NCBI GenBank assembly: GCA_964016885.1
Contig: OZ024741.1
Location: forward strand, 68,758,001 to 68,822,000
Origin: Eledone cirrhosa
Taxonomy: Eukaryota
DNA length: 64,000 nt
Direction: 5' to 3'
Part shown: positions 51,835-64,000 of the stretch, piece after piece
Layout of the letters: each line of letters begins with the position of its first letter
How positions within the stretch are numbered: position 1 is the first letter of the stretch
Made by a program: the position numbers and the translations under genes
The notes under the pieces: model-generated
Seen by the model: only the letters and a program-made list of their open reading frames with translations
Told to the model about the DNA's origin: nothing
Database searches by the model: none

Positions 51835-53557
51835 TATATATGTATATATAGTTATGTGTATGTGTGTGTGCGCGCGCGCGCATGTGTGTGTATTTAAGTC
51901 AGCATGTACGTCTATAAACATACCATATTCAGGTAACCTTGATGTAGGCGTTAACGTTTTGTTGTCAGAACATAGGGCTTCTGATAAAAATAAACATAAA
52001 TCTAGAATTCTAGGTCAGACTTGATGGCGACTTCTACCAGAGCAAGGCATGAATGTATAATTGTATGTATTGTGGATTGGCAGTATTAGTTGAGCGTCGG
52101 ACAACGTTTGATGGCATAGAATTACGTCCCTTTCCATTCTGAGTTCAACCTCGCCAGGGTTAGCATTGCCTTTCATCCTTATGGGGTCGATAAAATAAAG
52201 CACCAGCAATGCACTGGGATCAATTTTATCGACTTTCCCCAAAAATTGCTGGCCTTGTGCCTAAATCAGAAACAGTTATTATCGTAGTAAATTAATAAAG
52301 GACAGTGGATTGGCAGTATCGGTAGAGCGTCGGACACCATGCTTTGCAGCACAGAGTTACGGCTCTTTACGTTCTAAGTTCAAATCCCGCCAATGTTAAA
52401 ATTTTGCCTTTCATCCTTATGGGGTCGATAAAATAAAGTACCAGTCATGCACTGGGGTTGATTTAATCGACTTCCCCTCTCCCAAAATTGCTGGCAATGT
52501 GCCTATATAAGAAGCCATTATTCATATGTCTGAACAATGTAAGTATGGTTCTTCCAAAAACCTAATATTTTCACATAATTTTTTTCTTTATTTCATTTTA
52601 GATTCTGTATGAAATTGAAACTTGACTGTAAAATGACAAAAGTGGAAGTATTTTGTTAGGTAAAATATGAGGAAATTTTTATTCATATATTTGTAAATTG
52701 TGAAACGGACCTAAACTTCTCTTCAATGCAAGAAAACGAAAAAAAAAACCTGTTGAAAATGGGTATCCCCAAGCATTTCTAATGTCCACTGAAATACCAG
52801 CAACTCGCTGTACCAATTACGGAAACTTGATTGCTTGAAGCTGTGGGATATACAGCTATTACTTGGTATATTGTAGGCCTTTAATGAAAACTATATTAAG
52901 GAATATCTAATTTCTTTGGAAACCTTCGATCCTAAACATTAAGGATATTTTACTTTCCCTGGAAACGAAAATTATAACAAATCAGGTAGTGTCCTAATTT
53001 ATTGATAAATATGTGTGCATGGATACATGATTCCTGATGGAGTCGTAGGAGCACCGTAATGATTCCTGCAGGTCTGAATACAGCCATTTTCTTTCGTTGA
53101 AGGAGTGAGAGGAGGAGTGAGAAAGATATATAGAGGAGGAATTGATCCCAGTATAGACTGATACATTTTTATTGATCTCGAATGAATAAAAGTCAAACAA
53201 ATATCGCAAATCATTCTATCGGACGTTTTAACAACTTCCAAATCACCACCTAGTAATGAATATAAAAGGTGGATATTTTTCTCTCTCATTCAAGTTTGAT
53301 AGAGTCAATGCTTGAATACTCCTGGTGAACCTATCAGTTATCGATCTGTCCAAATATCTCTCGTATAAACAACAATTTAGTGTTTTGATATCTATATCAT
53401 TCTTAGATACACTTTTGCGTGTAAATATATACAAGAAAAAATAGAAATAGAATAGAAATTGCGTCGCAGTTTATATTCCTTGAAAATATAGCAGATAGTT
53501 TATAGAAGAGACCAATATAAGCATATTTAGCAGAGATAATTACCAAATATTCAGAAA

Positions 53558-56500
53558 ATGCCGAAGACTAAGGGAAAACGCAAAGCATTGTCTACTAAAA
53601 TACATCCTCCATTTCATGAGAAACATGATGGTAAAGAAAAACACGATCAAACTAAAAGAAAGCAGCAAATAGCTAGAAGATGGAATATTCCAATCCAAGA
53701 TATATATTATCCAAGAATAAAAGAATATGAGGACCACTTACAGATGTTGAAAAACAGTATAGATAACAAGTCTACCTTCTTGAAAAGTATTGGATTAGAT
53801 AAATATCGTTTTTTACAAGATGCCCAGTACAGATTAGATACCTTGATGGAAGATATTAGAAACAAAGAATTTATTGTTCTCCCACAACTTAACTGGTTTC
53901 TCGAACGACTTTTTGAAAATTATGTAAAGAGCTGTCCAGTAAGATACAAACAAATAGTAATGCCTAAAGCATGCAGTATATTTCGTCCTCTCTCTGCTGG
54001 TGTGTCAAGAAAAACAGATTCTGATGATTCTGATGAATATCTATGTGACTATCTTATTTCACATATTGTTGCAATAAATAATGGAATTGTAACATATTTA
54101 AAGCAAATCATGACATTATTATATTCCACAGTAGATGGTGGCCAATACACTCTTTCTTGTTGTTCTCCCATCACTGGCATGGATAGGATTGGTAAATCCA
54201 CTGTTATAGCGACAATGTCGTTTCGGAAAAAAATTTTAATTCTTGGTCCATCTTCCTTCAAAGTAAAAACTTTTAATTTGGGTTTCTACAAAATTTCTTA
54301 CATGGAAAATTGTAAATTTGTGGGTCTGGTGCTCTTTCATAATATAGTATATATAGCAGACTGGTCTAATGAAACGATTGAAAATAAATTTAGTCTGAAA
54401 TATGAGCCTATAGATATTGCAGTAGGGCCACATCATTGCCTCATAGTCACGTTTCCTAATGACAATCTAATTTCATGTTATAATCTTAATGGCCATCAAT
54501 TATTTGAGTTACGCTGTCATTCGTTAGATATTCAAATTAACATAACTTTTTATCAGAACTACTTTTATGCCCTCCAAGGGCATACTATGTATAAAATTTC
54601 TTCTTGTGGTGGTGTGTCACAGAAAGAACTTGATATAGAAGCTCAATATATTTCTCTTCACGGGAATTCTATTTTCTTGACTGATACTTCAGGTGTTGTA
54701 CATATTATTAAAACAGATAAAGACTTTTGGCCTAGATTAACGTATTTTCAAGGAGGTCGAAACCCAATTTTGAACAATCAAATTTACATACACGACGAAC
54801 GCAATATTAAAGAGATTGTACCTATATCAAGCTATTCTATGTTAATTGTGTATTGGAATTTAAAAGCTGTGTTAGTCATTGATAATGGCAAAGAAATTTG
54901 CAAAATGGCTTCTACTTTCCGTTTCCGACCTACTATTTTGTGTAGATTGAACTCGAGTAATTTCCTTGTCCTGTTCGCTAAAAATAGAAAGTTTCAATAT
55001 ATTTCATGTTCTAATGATTGTCCAATACAAGAGGAAAGCCCCTTAATAGACATCGACGTTGATTACCGTCAGATGTGTCATATAGTATCAAATAGGTTTT
55101 TGGCTCTAACCACTCAGGAAAACAATGAGATACACGTCCTTTCAATTAAGAATTACAACGTTGTCATAGAAAACAAAATTTCATTGAAACATTGTTTTAT
55201 CAGCATCGCTGCAACTCCAATCACTTTCGTTGTCGTTGACAGGAAGGAAAATAAACTGATATTTTATTCAAGTCTTGGTGAAGAGCTTTTTGAAAATCAT
55301 CTTGATTTACGCTACCCACCTGATTGTATAAAAGCGGATACATTATACTACTATACTCTCTACCATAAAGATAATACTGTCGGGTGTTTTGATTTATTTG
55401 GAGAAGTTAAATGGCAGTTACAACTTACTAAGAGTTCTTATTATCGAATTAGTGTTTTCGAAGGAATTCTCTCGGTGTGGGACATTAAGTTAACTAAAGT
55501 TCTTTTCTACAAGAATCAAGAATGGTCTCATTGCCTGGTAAACCTCAAAAGTCCTTATGTCCAAAAACTAGATATACGACCTGAAGGTCAAGACCACAAA
55601 ATTCTCATCACAGATGTGTGTCAGCTACCAAATGGACAACTGGTTGTGTCAGACATATTTGATGATCGCTTATTATACATTTCCAATGAAGGCCGTATTG
55701 AGTCTACATTATCTCTGCCGTCCTTAGCTACAGATATATGCCGCTGGGATAGTAGCCAAACAGGGATAACATTACCTCTGGAGAAAGAATTATGGATTAT
55801 CGGAAACCAATCGAATCATGTTAGAATTATATCATTAAATAAACCTTGTGTAATGGTGCGTAAGTTCGATAAAGGTCACATTCTTTGCTGTTGTGATAGA
55901 CCACACCATTTAGACATTGTATCGATTCAAAACCATAACCAAGGTGAAATAATTTCTACAATCAATATTCCTTTTTCAATACAGTCATTAGCAATAGAAA
56001 ACGACCCAGTAAACGTATTGATTATTACTAAGGATAAAGTACTTAAGTGGAATACATCATCAAAAACAGTTTCCACTATTTTTAACTCAAGCTTCAAACC
56101 ACATTGTAATCTACGTGGTGGGTGTCTCGATAAAACTGCTATTCATCTGATAGACGAAAACCGACTGTTTTCATTAAATAACTTAGAGGTGAAGACTCTT
56201 GTGACAGGAAATCAAATTAAAATGTCCATGGACCATATAGATATATTTTCTAGAAAGATCTGTGTAAGCGAAATGTTGTCTACTAAACTATATCTGCAGG
56301 ATATGACAGTTTATGATAAATCTCGAGAAAGTTTAGTTCCACTCTGTTCAGAAGAAGATAAACCCGTGAACATTTATTGTTCGGTTATTACCGAAAATAA
56401 CCTGATTGCAGCATACGACCAAAATAATGAAAATATTAAGATATTAACGTTTGATGGGGAACTCCTTGATTCTATCAAATTGAACATTTCACCCATTCGT

Positions 56501-58649
56501 ATGTGTCGCTGGTGGTCAAACACGTTGGTTATTACAACCAATACAAACCAACTGTTAACATTAAAAGTTGAATTTCCGTTGTTCTTTGATATATACCAGA
56601 CGGAAAGAACATATCGAAGTATCGCTTCTTTGTCAGACAATCTACTTGTGTGCAGTATATTTCAAAATGTTCAGCATAAACAAGGTAAGACACGGATAAT
56701 AGTAAGCGGTGGAACATCTTTTTGGGATGATAAAACAAATGTGCCAGCTATCCATATCATTGAACTGCAATCGACAGTCCGTGTAGTGAAGGAAATAAAC
56801 TTAACTATGAATGAAGTGAGAAGAGGCATCTGTGATATCGCTGTTACTGCTAATGATGTTATCGTCGTCTACGCAAATGGGAATGCTTTGCTTATGAAAT
56901 TTATCATTTTTGTGAACCGTAATGGTGAACGTTTACATTCATTCAATCCCATCATGAATATCACTCCCACATGCATGACAGTGGATGATACTTATACATA
57001 CGTTTCTCTGCAGAATGTAGGAGATGAAAATATTCGCATTGTCCGTTTGTCACACACTGGTGAATATAAGGGTTTATTTTTAGATACGAGACACTGTGAA
57101 CATCCATTCAATTTCCGGATAATTAACTGTAAAGGTCCAAGGTTCATTGGATTTGACAAAGGACATTTATATGTTGAAGGATTAATTAAACTTAACCGAG
57201 AAATATTTGAAGTATGCCAACTAATAACAGACATGAATTCTGTTCAAATAAAAGATATAGATATTTTTGTTGATGGACAAACAGTTGTGAGTGAAAAGGC
57301 CAATGCTGACAGTATCAAAATATTTCAAAGAAACGGGAAGCTACTATGTCATACAAATCTTGGAACCAACTTCAGTTGGTGGTGTATGTTTTTCAGAAGA
57401 AGGATATATAATGGTCACAGTTCCTGACATACAAGAAATATTGCAACTGAATCGAGAAAATTTGGAAAAGAGTAATGTCTGGCAAAGTCCAATACCTTAT
57501 GGTATAATATGGAAGAAAGTGAAAAACATTTACATTTGTGTGCACATTAATTTGACTGAATATCATACCATACAAATTGATGACAACGAACTAAAAGTTC
57601 TTAATTGTACGTCTTTATTAAATCTTGAATCCGTTTTTCATTTCCCTTCCATCTTAGATCCGATGAACACTAAAAAAGTGAGTAAAGAAGGAAATATGAA
57701 ATCAAAAAACAATCAACGAGGTACATTGGGTGAAGTTGACGAATATAACATATCAGTGAGAAATGGCGATTACATGGTAATTGTTGAGTTAGGGAGTGAT
57801 CAAATAGCAATTAGGAAATTGCCCCACAGAACAGCGATATTTCCTATTCCCATTACCATGTTTGGTAATCCTAATTATGGTAGCGACTTTGGAATATACA
57901 AGAATATAAATCTAATTATGTTACAAGACTATATCGTGGTGCTTCTCTACCAGTTTACTCTCCTAGTGGCTACTACAGACGGCCATATACTCCAGCAGAG
58001 AACATTTCAAAGAATGCCACGAGATATATGTCGATGGACAGATGAATGTTTCGTTGTTGTCTTCTGCAAGGATAAACAACTGCTGTTTTTTAAAGATGAT
58101 CTCACCCTTTTAAAAACTATTAATACCGAAAAGCAATACAGCATGATTTATAAAAAAAGTAGCAATCGATTAGTCTGTGCATTTGAAGGTGATCCAAATC
58201 GGCATAATCAATATTTTTCCAATCTGCCCAGCTCATATATAGATGTACTTCATATCCTCGGAAATGTATATGAGTACAGTTGTCAAATGGACTTTGGGAA
58301 GGAGACAGTGGAGGCGATTGGTGTTACATCGAGTGAAGATATCGTTGTGATAAAAAGCGACAGATCTAACAAATCCCTCTGTTGGTACAGAGATGGTTTG
58401 CTTAAACTTCTTGACATGCCTATCGCTCAATATCCCAGACGAATGGCAATACATGGTGAATATGTGTATATCACTGAAAGAGAAAAGAGTATTTACCGTG
58501 TGTCATTAAACAGCGTAGTCGAACAATTTGTCAATATTGCTGATATCGAAGTCTTCTTGATTTATGACATATATATTACAGACAATTATTTGATTCTTTT
58601 AGGAGGTTTAGACAACAGTCATTGTGCTTTCGTTTATTATGAAACATAA
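53558..58649 (+). CDS. Intronless ~1700-aa multi-beta-propeller (NHL/WD-like) protein, split by one +1 frameshift near 57360 (ORFs 53558-57427 and 57291-58649)
   Basis: Long open frames in AT-rich DNA with no repeats inserted. Blade-like motifs PIDIAVGP, ITDVCQLPNGQLVVSD, ICDIAVTANDVIVV, PRRMAIHGEYVYITE, and recurring P.DICRW at roughly 260-aa multiples. Confidence 0.75.
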
Positions 58650-59465
58650 ATACTTTCATATTTTCCAGTGTTTCAATTTTTTTCATTGCAAATCTCTTAC
58701 AGAGACTAAGGTAAGTCCAACATCACTCTATTGTGCTCCACAATACAGTATGTATATGTGTGTATCTGTGTGTGTATACGTGTATGTATGTGTGTATATA
58801 TGTGTGTACATGTTCGTGTGTGTGTGTATACATATTCGTGTGTGTGTGTATGTATGTATATGAGCGTGTGTGGTGTGTATATGTGTGCCTGTATATATAC
58901 ATATATATATATATGTGTGTGTGTGTGTGTATCTGTATGCATCTTTGTGTCTTTACGGAGAAAATCAGCACTACGGGACCAAGGACGCCAGAAGTTTCGA
59001 CGAATACCAGTACAAAGAGGAAGCAATCGGTTAGTTGTCAAAAATATTACATTTACACACACGCACAGACACACACACACGCACACACACACATGTATTT
59101 AAATTAAATAAGTTTATAGTTAAATAAAATTACCCATTTTCAATACCATCTTTATAACAACTAATCGCTCACAAAATTCAAATTACCATCATAAAATCGT
59201 TAGACCTAGATGTTCTTCTTATGTGTTACAATCCCCAAATACTGTTTAAATAAGTAGATGTATACACCGGACTATATATATTCTTGTATAAAGATAATTG
59301 ATATGTTTTGTGATGTGTTTCATAGTATTACAGTAAACTAATCATATCAAGAGAGAAACCCTTCGTAGCAGAGACCTTTCAACAGGGATCTTAGTCCACA
59401 CTGTATCAGAGGCAGGATACCCTAGTATACATATTTATATTTAATTTCCTCCCATAACCCCCCCC

Positions 59466-59577
<112 letters not shown>

Positions 59578-60170
59578 AAAATAGAATAATAGCAAACGAA
59601 TACCACGAACCTAAATCAACCAAGACCATCCCCACAAATACACTTACTCAGCCACAAAACACAAATTTTAAAATAGAACTACATCCACCACAAGCAAATC
59701 AACCAGCAAATATTTTATGTATAACCTGAAGCCCCTAACCAAGAAAAAGATCTACACCAAATTTAAACATCTCAAAGAAAGATGATAACGTAGTAAAAAA
59801 CCAACAAGCCACTATGCTGCTACTAAAAGGACAAACTTCATCAGGCCTCAACTTCCCTCAATATCCAGTTTCAGTGCAAGCTTGTGGCTACAAGATAAAT
59901 TAGAACCATATTCTCTACAAAGTACTTAATCATAAAATTATCAATCAATAAACGCACAACCGACATACACGATGGATTTTGTCCATGCAGCCCATATTTC
60001 ACTGTCCCCCTTGAAAATAAAGTTAAACTACAATTAACCTAAACCTGAAATAATCACTCCATAAATTCAATAAAGAAAACCTCTCTCTCGCTCTCTCTCA
60101 CTCTCTCTCTCTCACTCTCTCTCTCTCACTCTCTCTCTCTCTCTCCTTTCTCCTCTCTCTCTCTCTCCTT

Positions 60171-60227
<57 letters not shown>

Positions 60228-60230
<3 letters not shown>

Positions 60231-60591
60231 TAATAAAAGGAATTCCAACTTTGTCTGATTTACTCGTTTTATTTACAATCTTTAAAATTTATAATGGTAT
60301 AAGAATGAAATAGTATGGTAGAATATTAAATGTTAAGTGTTAATTGAACAAGTACTTTCATGCTTTCGCAATCTTCAGGTTCATATTCTGTAGTGACAGT
60401 CAAGTTTGCAATTTTCAACTGTCACTACAGAATATGAACCTGAAGATTGCAAAAGCATGAAAGTACTTGTTCAATTAACACTTAACATTTAATATTCTAC
60501 CATGCTATTTCATTCTAATACCATTATAAATTTTAAAGGATTGTAAATATAACGAGTAAATCAGACAAAGTTGGAATTCCTTTTATTAATA
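60228..60591. repeat. Fold-back inverted repeat (about 173-bp arms, 17-nt spacer) with an HHR in each arm
   Basis: 60228-60400 versus 60418-60591, few mismatches. Confidence 0.92.
60435..60473 (+). ncRNA. Minimal type I hammerhead ribozyme (mirror copy 60345-60383, -)
   Basis: TGAAC-CTGAAGA-tTGC (A/G)AAA GCAt-GAAA-GTAC-TT-GTTCA. Palindromic stem III AGTACT. Confidence 0.72.
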
Positions 60592-60651
60592 TAATCTTCT
60601 ATACACAATCATACACACCCGTGTATATTTATCTATATATATATATATATA

Positions 60652-61215
60652 TCATCATCATCATCATCATCGTTTAACGTCCATTTTCCACGCTAGCATG
60701 GGTCTGGACGGGAATTGTCCCACTTAAGGCAAGATTGGTTGTCTTGCTCAGAACTGTCTGGCGGGTTTTCTACGGCTGGATGCTCTTCCTAACACCAACC
60801 ACGTTTACAGTGTGGACTGGGAGGTTTTTACCGTGTTACCTACACGGCCACATTACAGCGTGGACTGTGTGTTTTATTGTCGTGACACCTACACGACCTC
60901 ATTTGTTTCGGACTGGATGTTGTGGTACCAACATAACTTCACATTTAAGGGGGTGTTGTGGATGGGGTGGAGGTAATGGGACGGGGGTGTATTTTGTTAG
61001 AGGTGCCTACTGACTGTAGGTTTCGCTTTGGACTTAGGCAAGGCGGGTCTTCTGTATAACTGTGTAGCGTCAAAGATCTCGGTCCAGTGACATTGTCTTG
61101 GAGAGGTGTAAGTGTGTGAGGTCGGAATTTATCAAGTCGTCCCAGGTTTTTCTGGGTCCGCCTACTCCGTGGCTACTGTCAATTTTTATCGCCCTGCACT
61201 TTTTTATACAGCTTT
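60652..61215 (-). mobile_element. 3' fragment of the RTE LINE
   Basis: Reverse homologue of 63285-63905, with (GAT)n tail. Confidence 0.9.
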
Positions 61216-61222
61216 TATACAG

Positions 61223-61260
<38 letters not shown>

Positions 61261-61817
61261 CATAATTAGGTAGTAACATGTGCTTATGCCATATTTGACT
61301 AAACAGAATTAGTCTGTTTGTTGGGATTTTTTTAAAAAAACCCTCTGAATGGAAAAAAAAAGGATGAGTATGGACATACATAGGACACGAACCCACATCT
61401 TTGGTTTGCCGGACCAATCTGTTAACATTACACCAACATGCCACCTTCCCCCTGTTTAAACTTTAATCTGTTATTTTAATAAATATTTGCTCTAGGGTTC
61501 TGATATATTTTATATATATTTTTCCTTATTGAGCCCTCTTTGGATTTTAGTCTTCAAATTTATTATTATTACTATATATATATATAAATAAATTATCGAG
61601 AATCGGAATTTCGGCCCACAAAATAACGAAACACAATCTTCGAAATACATGGCAAAGGGCTCAATAGTTTGGATAAACCAGAGCTATAACTATCGTTTAA
61701 ATACCAACACACGGAGACAATGCTTAAAATGACTCGCACAGCCAAAAAAAACGACCAGGAAAATTCGGGTCAGACAAATAATAATATAAATGAATGAAAA
61801 TACAGTATATATATATA

Positions 61818-61915
<98 letters not shown>

Positions 61916-62018
61916 TATATATAAATATATACAGTATATATATATATGTATATGTATATATGTATATGTATATATATATATATGTATATATATGTGTATA
62001 TATATACATATATATATG

Positions 62019-62052
<34 letters not shown>

Positions 62053-62147
62053 TATATCATCATCATCATATATATATGTATAGATATATATATCATCATC
62101 ATCATATATATATATATGTATAGATATATATATGTATATATATATAT

Positions 62148-63905
62148 GTCAGGCAAAAGTACCACAGACGCTCTTTTCATAGTACGACAACTACATGAGA
62201 AGTACCTAGCTAAAGGTAAACCCCTCTACTTAGCTTTTGTCGACTTGGAGAAAGCCTTCGACAGAGTCCCCCGCTCCATTATCTGGTGGGCTCTTAGAAA
62301 ACTAGGCGTTGACGAATGGTTTGTGAGGGCTATACAAGCCATGTATAAAGAAACAGTCAGCAAGGTTAGAATTAACAACGAATATAGTGAAGAGTTTAGC
62401 GTAAAAGTTGGCGTCCATCAGGGCTCTGTTCTCAGCCCCCTACTATTTATTATTGCCCTTCAGGCTATAACAGAGGAGTTCAAGACAGGCTGCCCATGGG
62501 AACTCCTATACGCAGACGACCTGACACTCATAGCGGAATCAATGGCCGAGCTAGAGAAGAAATTCCAAACATGGAAGCACGGCCTAGAGTCAAAAGGACT
62601 TAAAATTAACCTGGCTAAGACCAAAGTTCTAGTTTGTAGGAAAGAAAACAAGGCGGCGGTCCCTTCTGGGAAATGGTCGTGCTCGGTGTGTAGGAAAGGC
62701 GTAGGTAGAAACTCCATTTTATGTCCTAAATGCAAAGTATGGGTGCATAAAAGATGTAGTGGGATCACAGGTAAGCTAACTAAGAACATAGATTTTACAT
62801 GTGGCCGGTGTTCTGGTGCAATAAGTAACAGCAAGTGCCCACCAAATACTAGCTCTTTCAATTGCGCAGAGGGTTCTATAGAAATAGTGGACAGCTTCCG
62901 TTACCTGGGCGATAAAATCAGCAATGGGGGAGGGTGCTCTGAAAGTACAGTAGCTAGAGTCAGAACTGGTTGGAAAAAGTTCAGAGAGCTTATACCACTA
63001 TTAGCTGCTAAAGGGTTCTCCCTAAAAATGAAAGGCAGGTTGTACGATGCCTGCATACGAACAGCAATGTTGCATGGCAGTGAGACCTGGGCATTGTGTG
63101 CAGAGGATATACGCAGACTAGAGAGGAACGAAGCTTGCATGCTCCGCTGGATGTGTAACAGTAATATACGTGAACGGCAAAGCATAAACGAACTAAGGAA
63201 AAGATTAGAGATAAGAGGGATCAGATGTTGTTTACTCGAGAGAAGGCTACGTTGGTATGGACACGTGATGCGCATGAAAGTCGATAGCTGTATAACAAAG
63301 TGCAGGGCAATAAAGATAGACGGTAGCCACGGAATAGGCAGACCTAGAAAAACCTGGGACGAGCTGATAAACTCCGACCTCACACACTTACACCTCACCA
63401 AGACAATGTCACTGGACCGAGACCTTTGGCGGTACTCAGTAACAGAGAAGACCCGCCTTACCACCGAGACCTTTGGCGGTACTCAGTAACAGAGAAGACC
63501 CGCCTTACCTAAATATATAGTAAAACCTACTCCAGCCAGTAGGCATCTCTAACAAAATACACCCCGTCCCACCACCCCCACCCCATCCACACCACCCCGT
63601 TCTATGTAAAGTTATGTTGGTGCCGCGCCATCCAGGCCGAAACAAATGAGATCGTGTAGGTGTCACGACAAAAAAACACACAGTCCACGCTGTAATGTGG
63701 CCGTGTAGGCAACATGGTAAAAACCTCCCAGACCCACACTGTAAATGTGGTTGGTGTTAGGAAGGGCATCCAACTGTAGAAAACCTGCCAGACAGTCCTA
63801 TGCGAGCAAGACAATCACTCTTGCCTCAAGTGGGACTACCCCCGTCCAAACCCATGCAAGCGTGGAACACGGACGTTAAACGTTGATGATGATGATGATG
63901 ATGAT
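62148..63905 (+). mobile_element. 5'-truncated RTE-clade LINE, RT with inserted PHD-like finger, (GAT)n tail
   Basis: [40 protein letters not shown]...C..C..WVHKRC...[25 protein letters not shown]. 47-bp tandem duplication at 63416-63509. Confidence 0.93.
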
Positions 63906-63940
63906 ATATCATCATCATCATATATATATGTATAGATATA

Positions 63941-63993
<53 letters not shown>

Positions 63994-64000
63994 GTATATA

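Noticed and set aside
59820-59855. CTGATGA on the minus strand as an HHR
   Set aside because: No stem II or GAAA follows. Same for CTGAGGA at 2801 and 25637 and CTGACGA at 4261.
61960-62147. N-terminal extension of the 509-aa ORF
   Set aside because: Microsatellite read-through upstream of a 5'-truncated LINE.
62460-63464. Antisense ORFs over LINE, Gypsy and Penelope coding regions
   Set aside because: Shadow frames of the real coding strand with no independent motifs.

Overview
Eukaryotic, AT-rich, microsatellite-dense DNA. The tRNA-derived SINEs resemble the Octopus OR/OK families, so an octopod cephalopod is the likely source (inference). About 90% of the window is a nested transposon graveyard: two Ty3/Gypsy pol remnants, a solo LTR, a young non-coding LTR element, two Penelope-like elements with inverted pseudo-LTRs, Helitron Rep-helicase remnants and non-autonomous Helitrons, Tc1/mariner relics, MITEs, an R4/Dong-like LINE sitting in (CATA)n, RTE LINEs and SINEs. 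The only host-like gene is an intronless ~5.1 kb multi-beta-propeller (NHL-like) reading frame at 53558-58649, split by one +1 frameshift. The main hidden signal is about 20 type-I hammerhead ribozyme (HHR) motifs from about a dozen unrelated sequence families. Many lie inside fold-back inverted repeats next to (TA)n tracts. They include a compensatory U3-A8 core variant (4 copies), a recurrent U4A core variant and a 37-nt minimal form. All structures were paired by eye; none were computed or tested.
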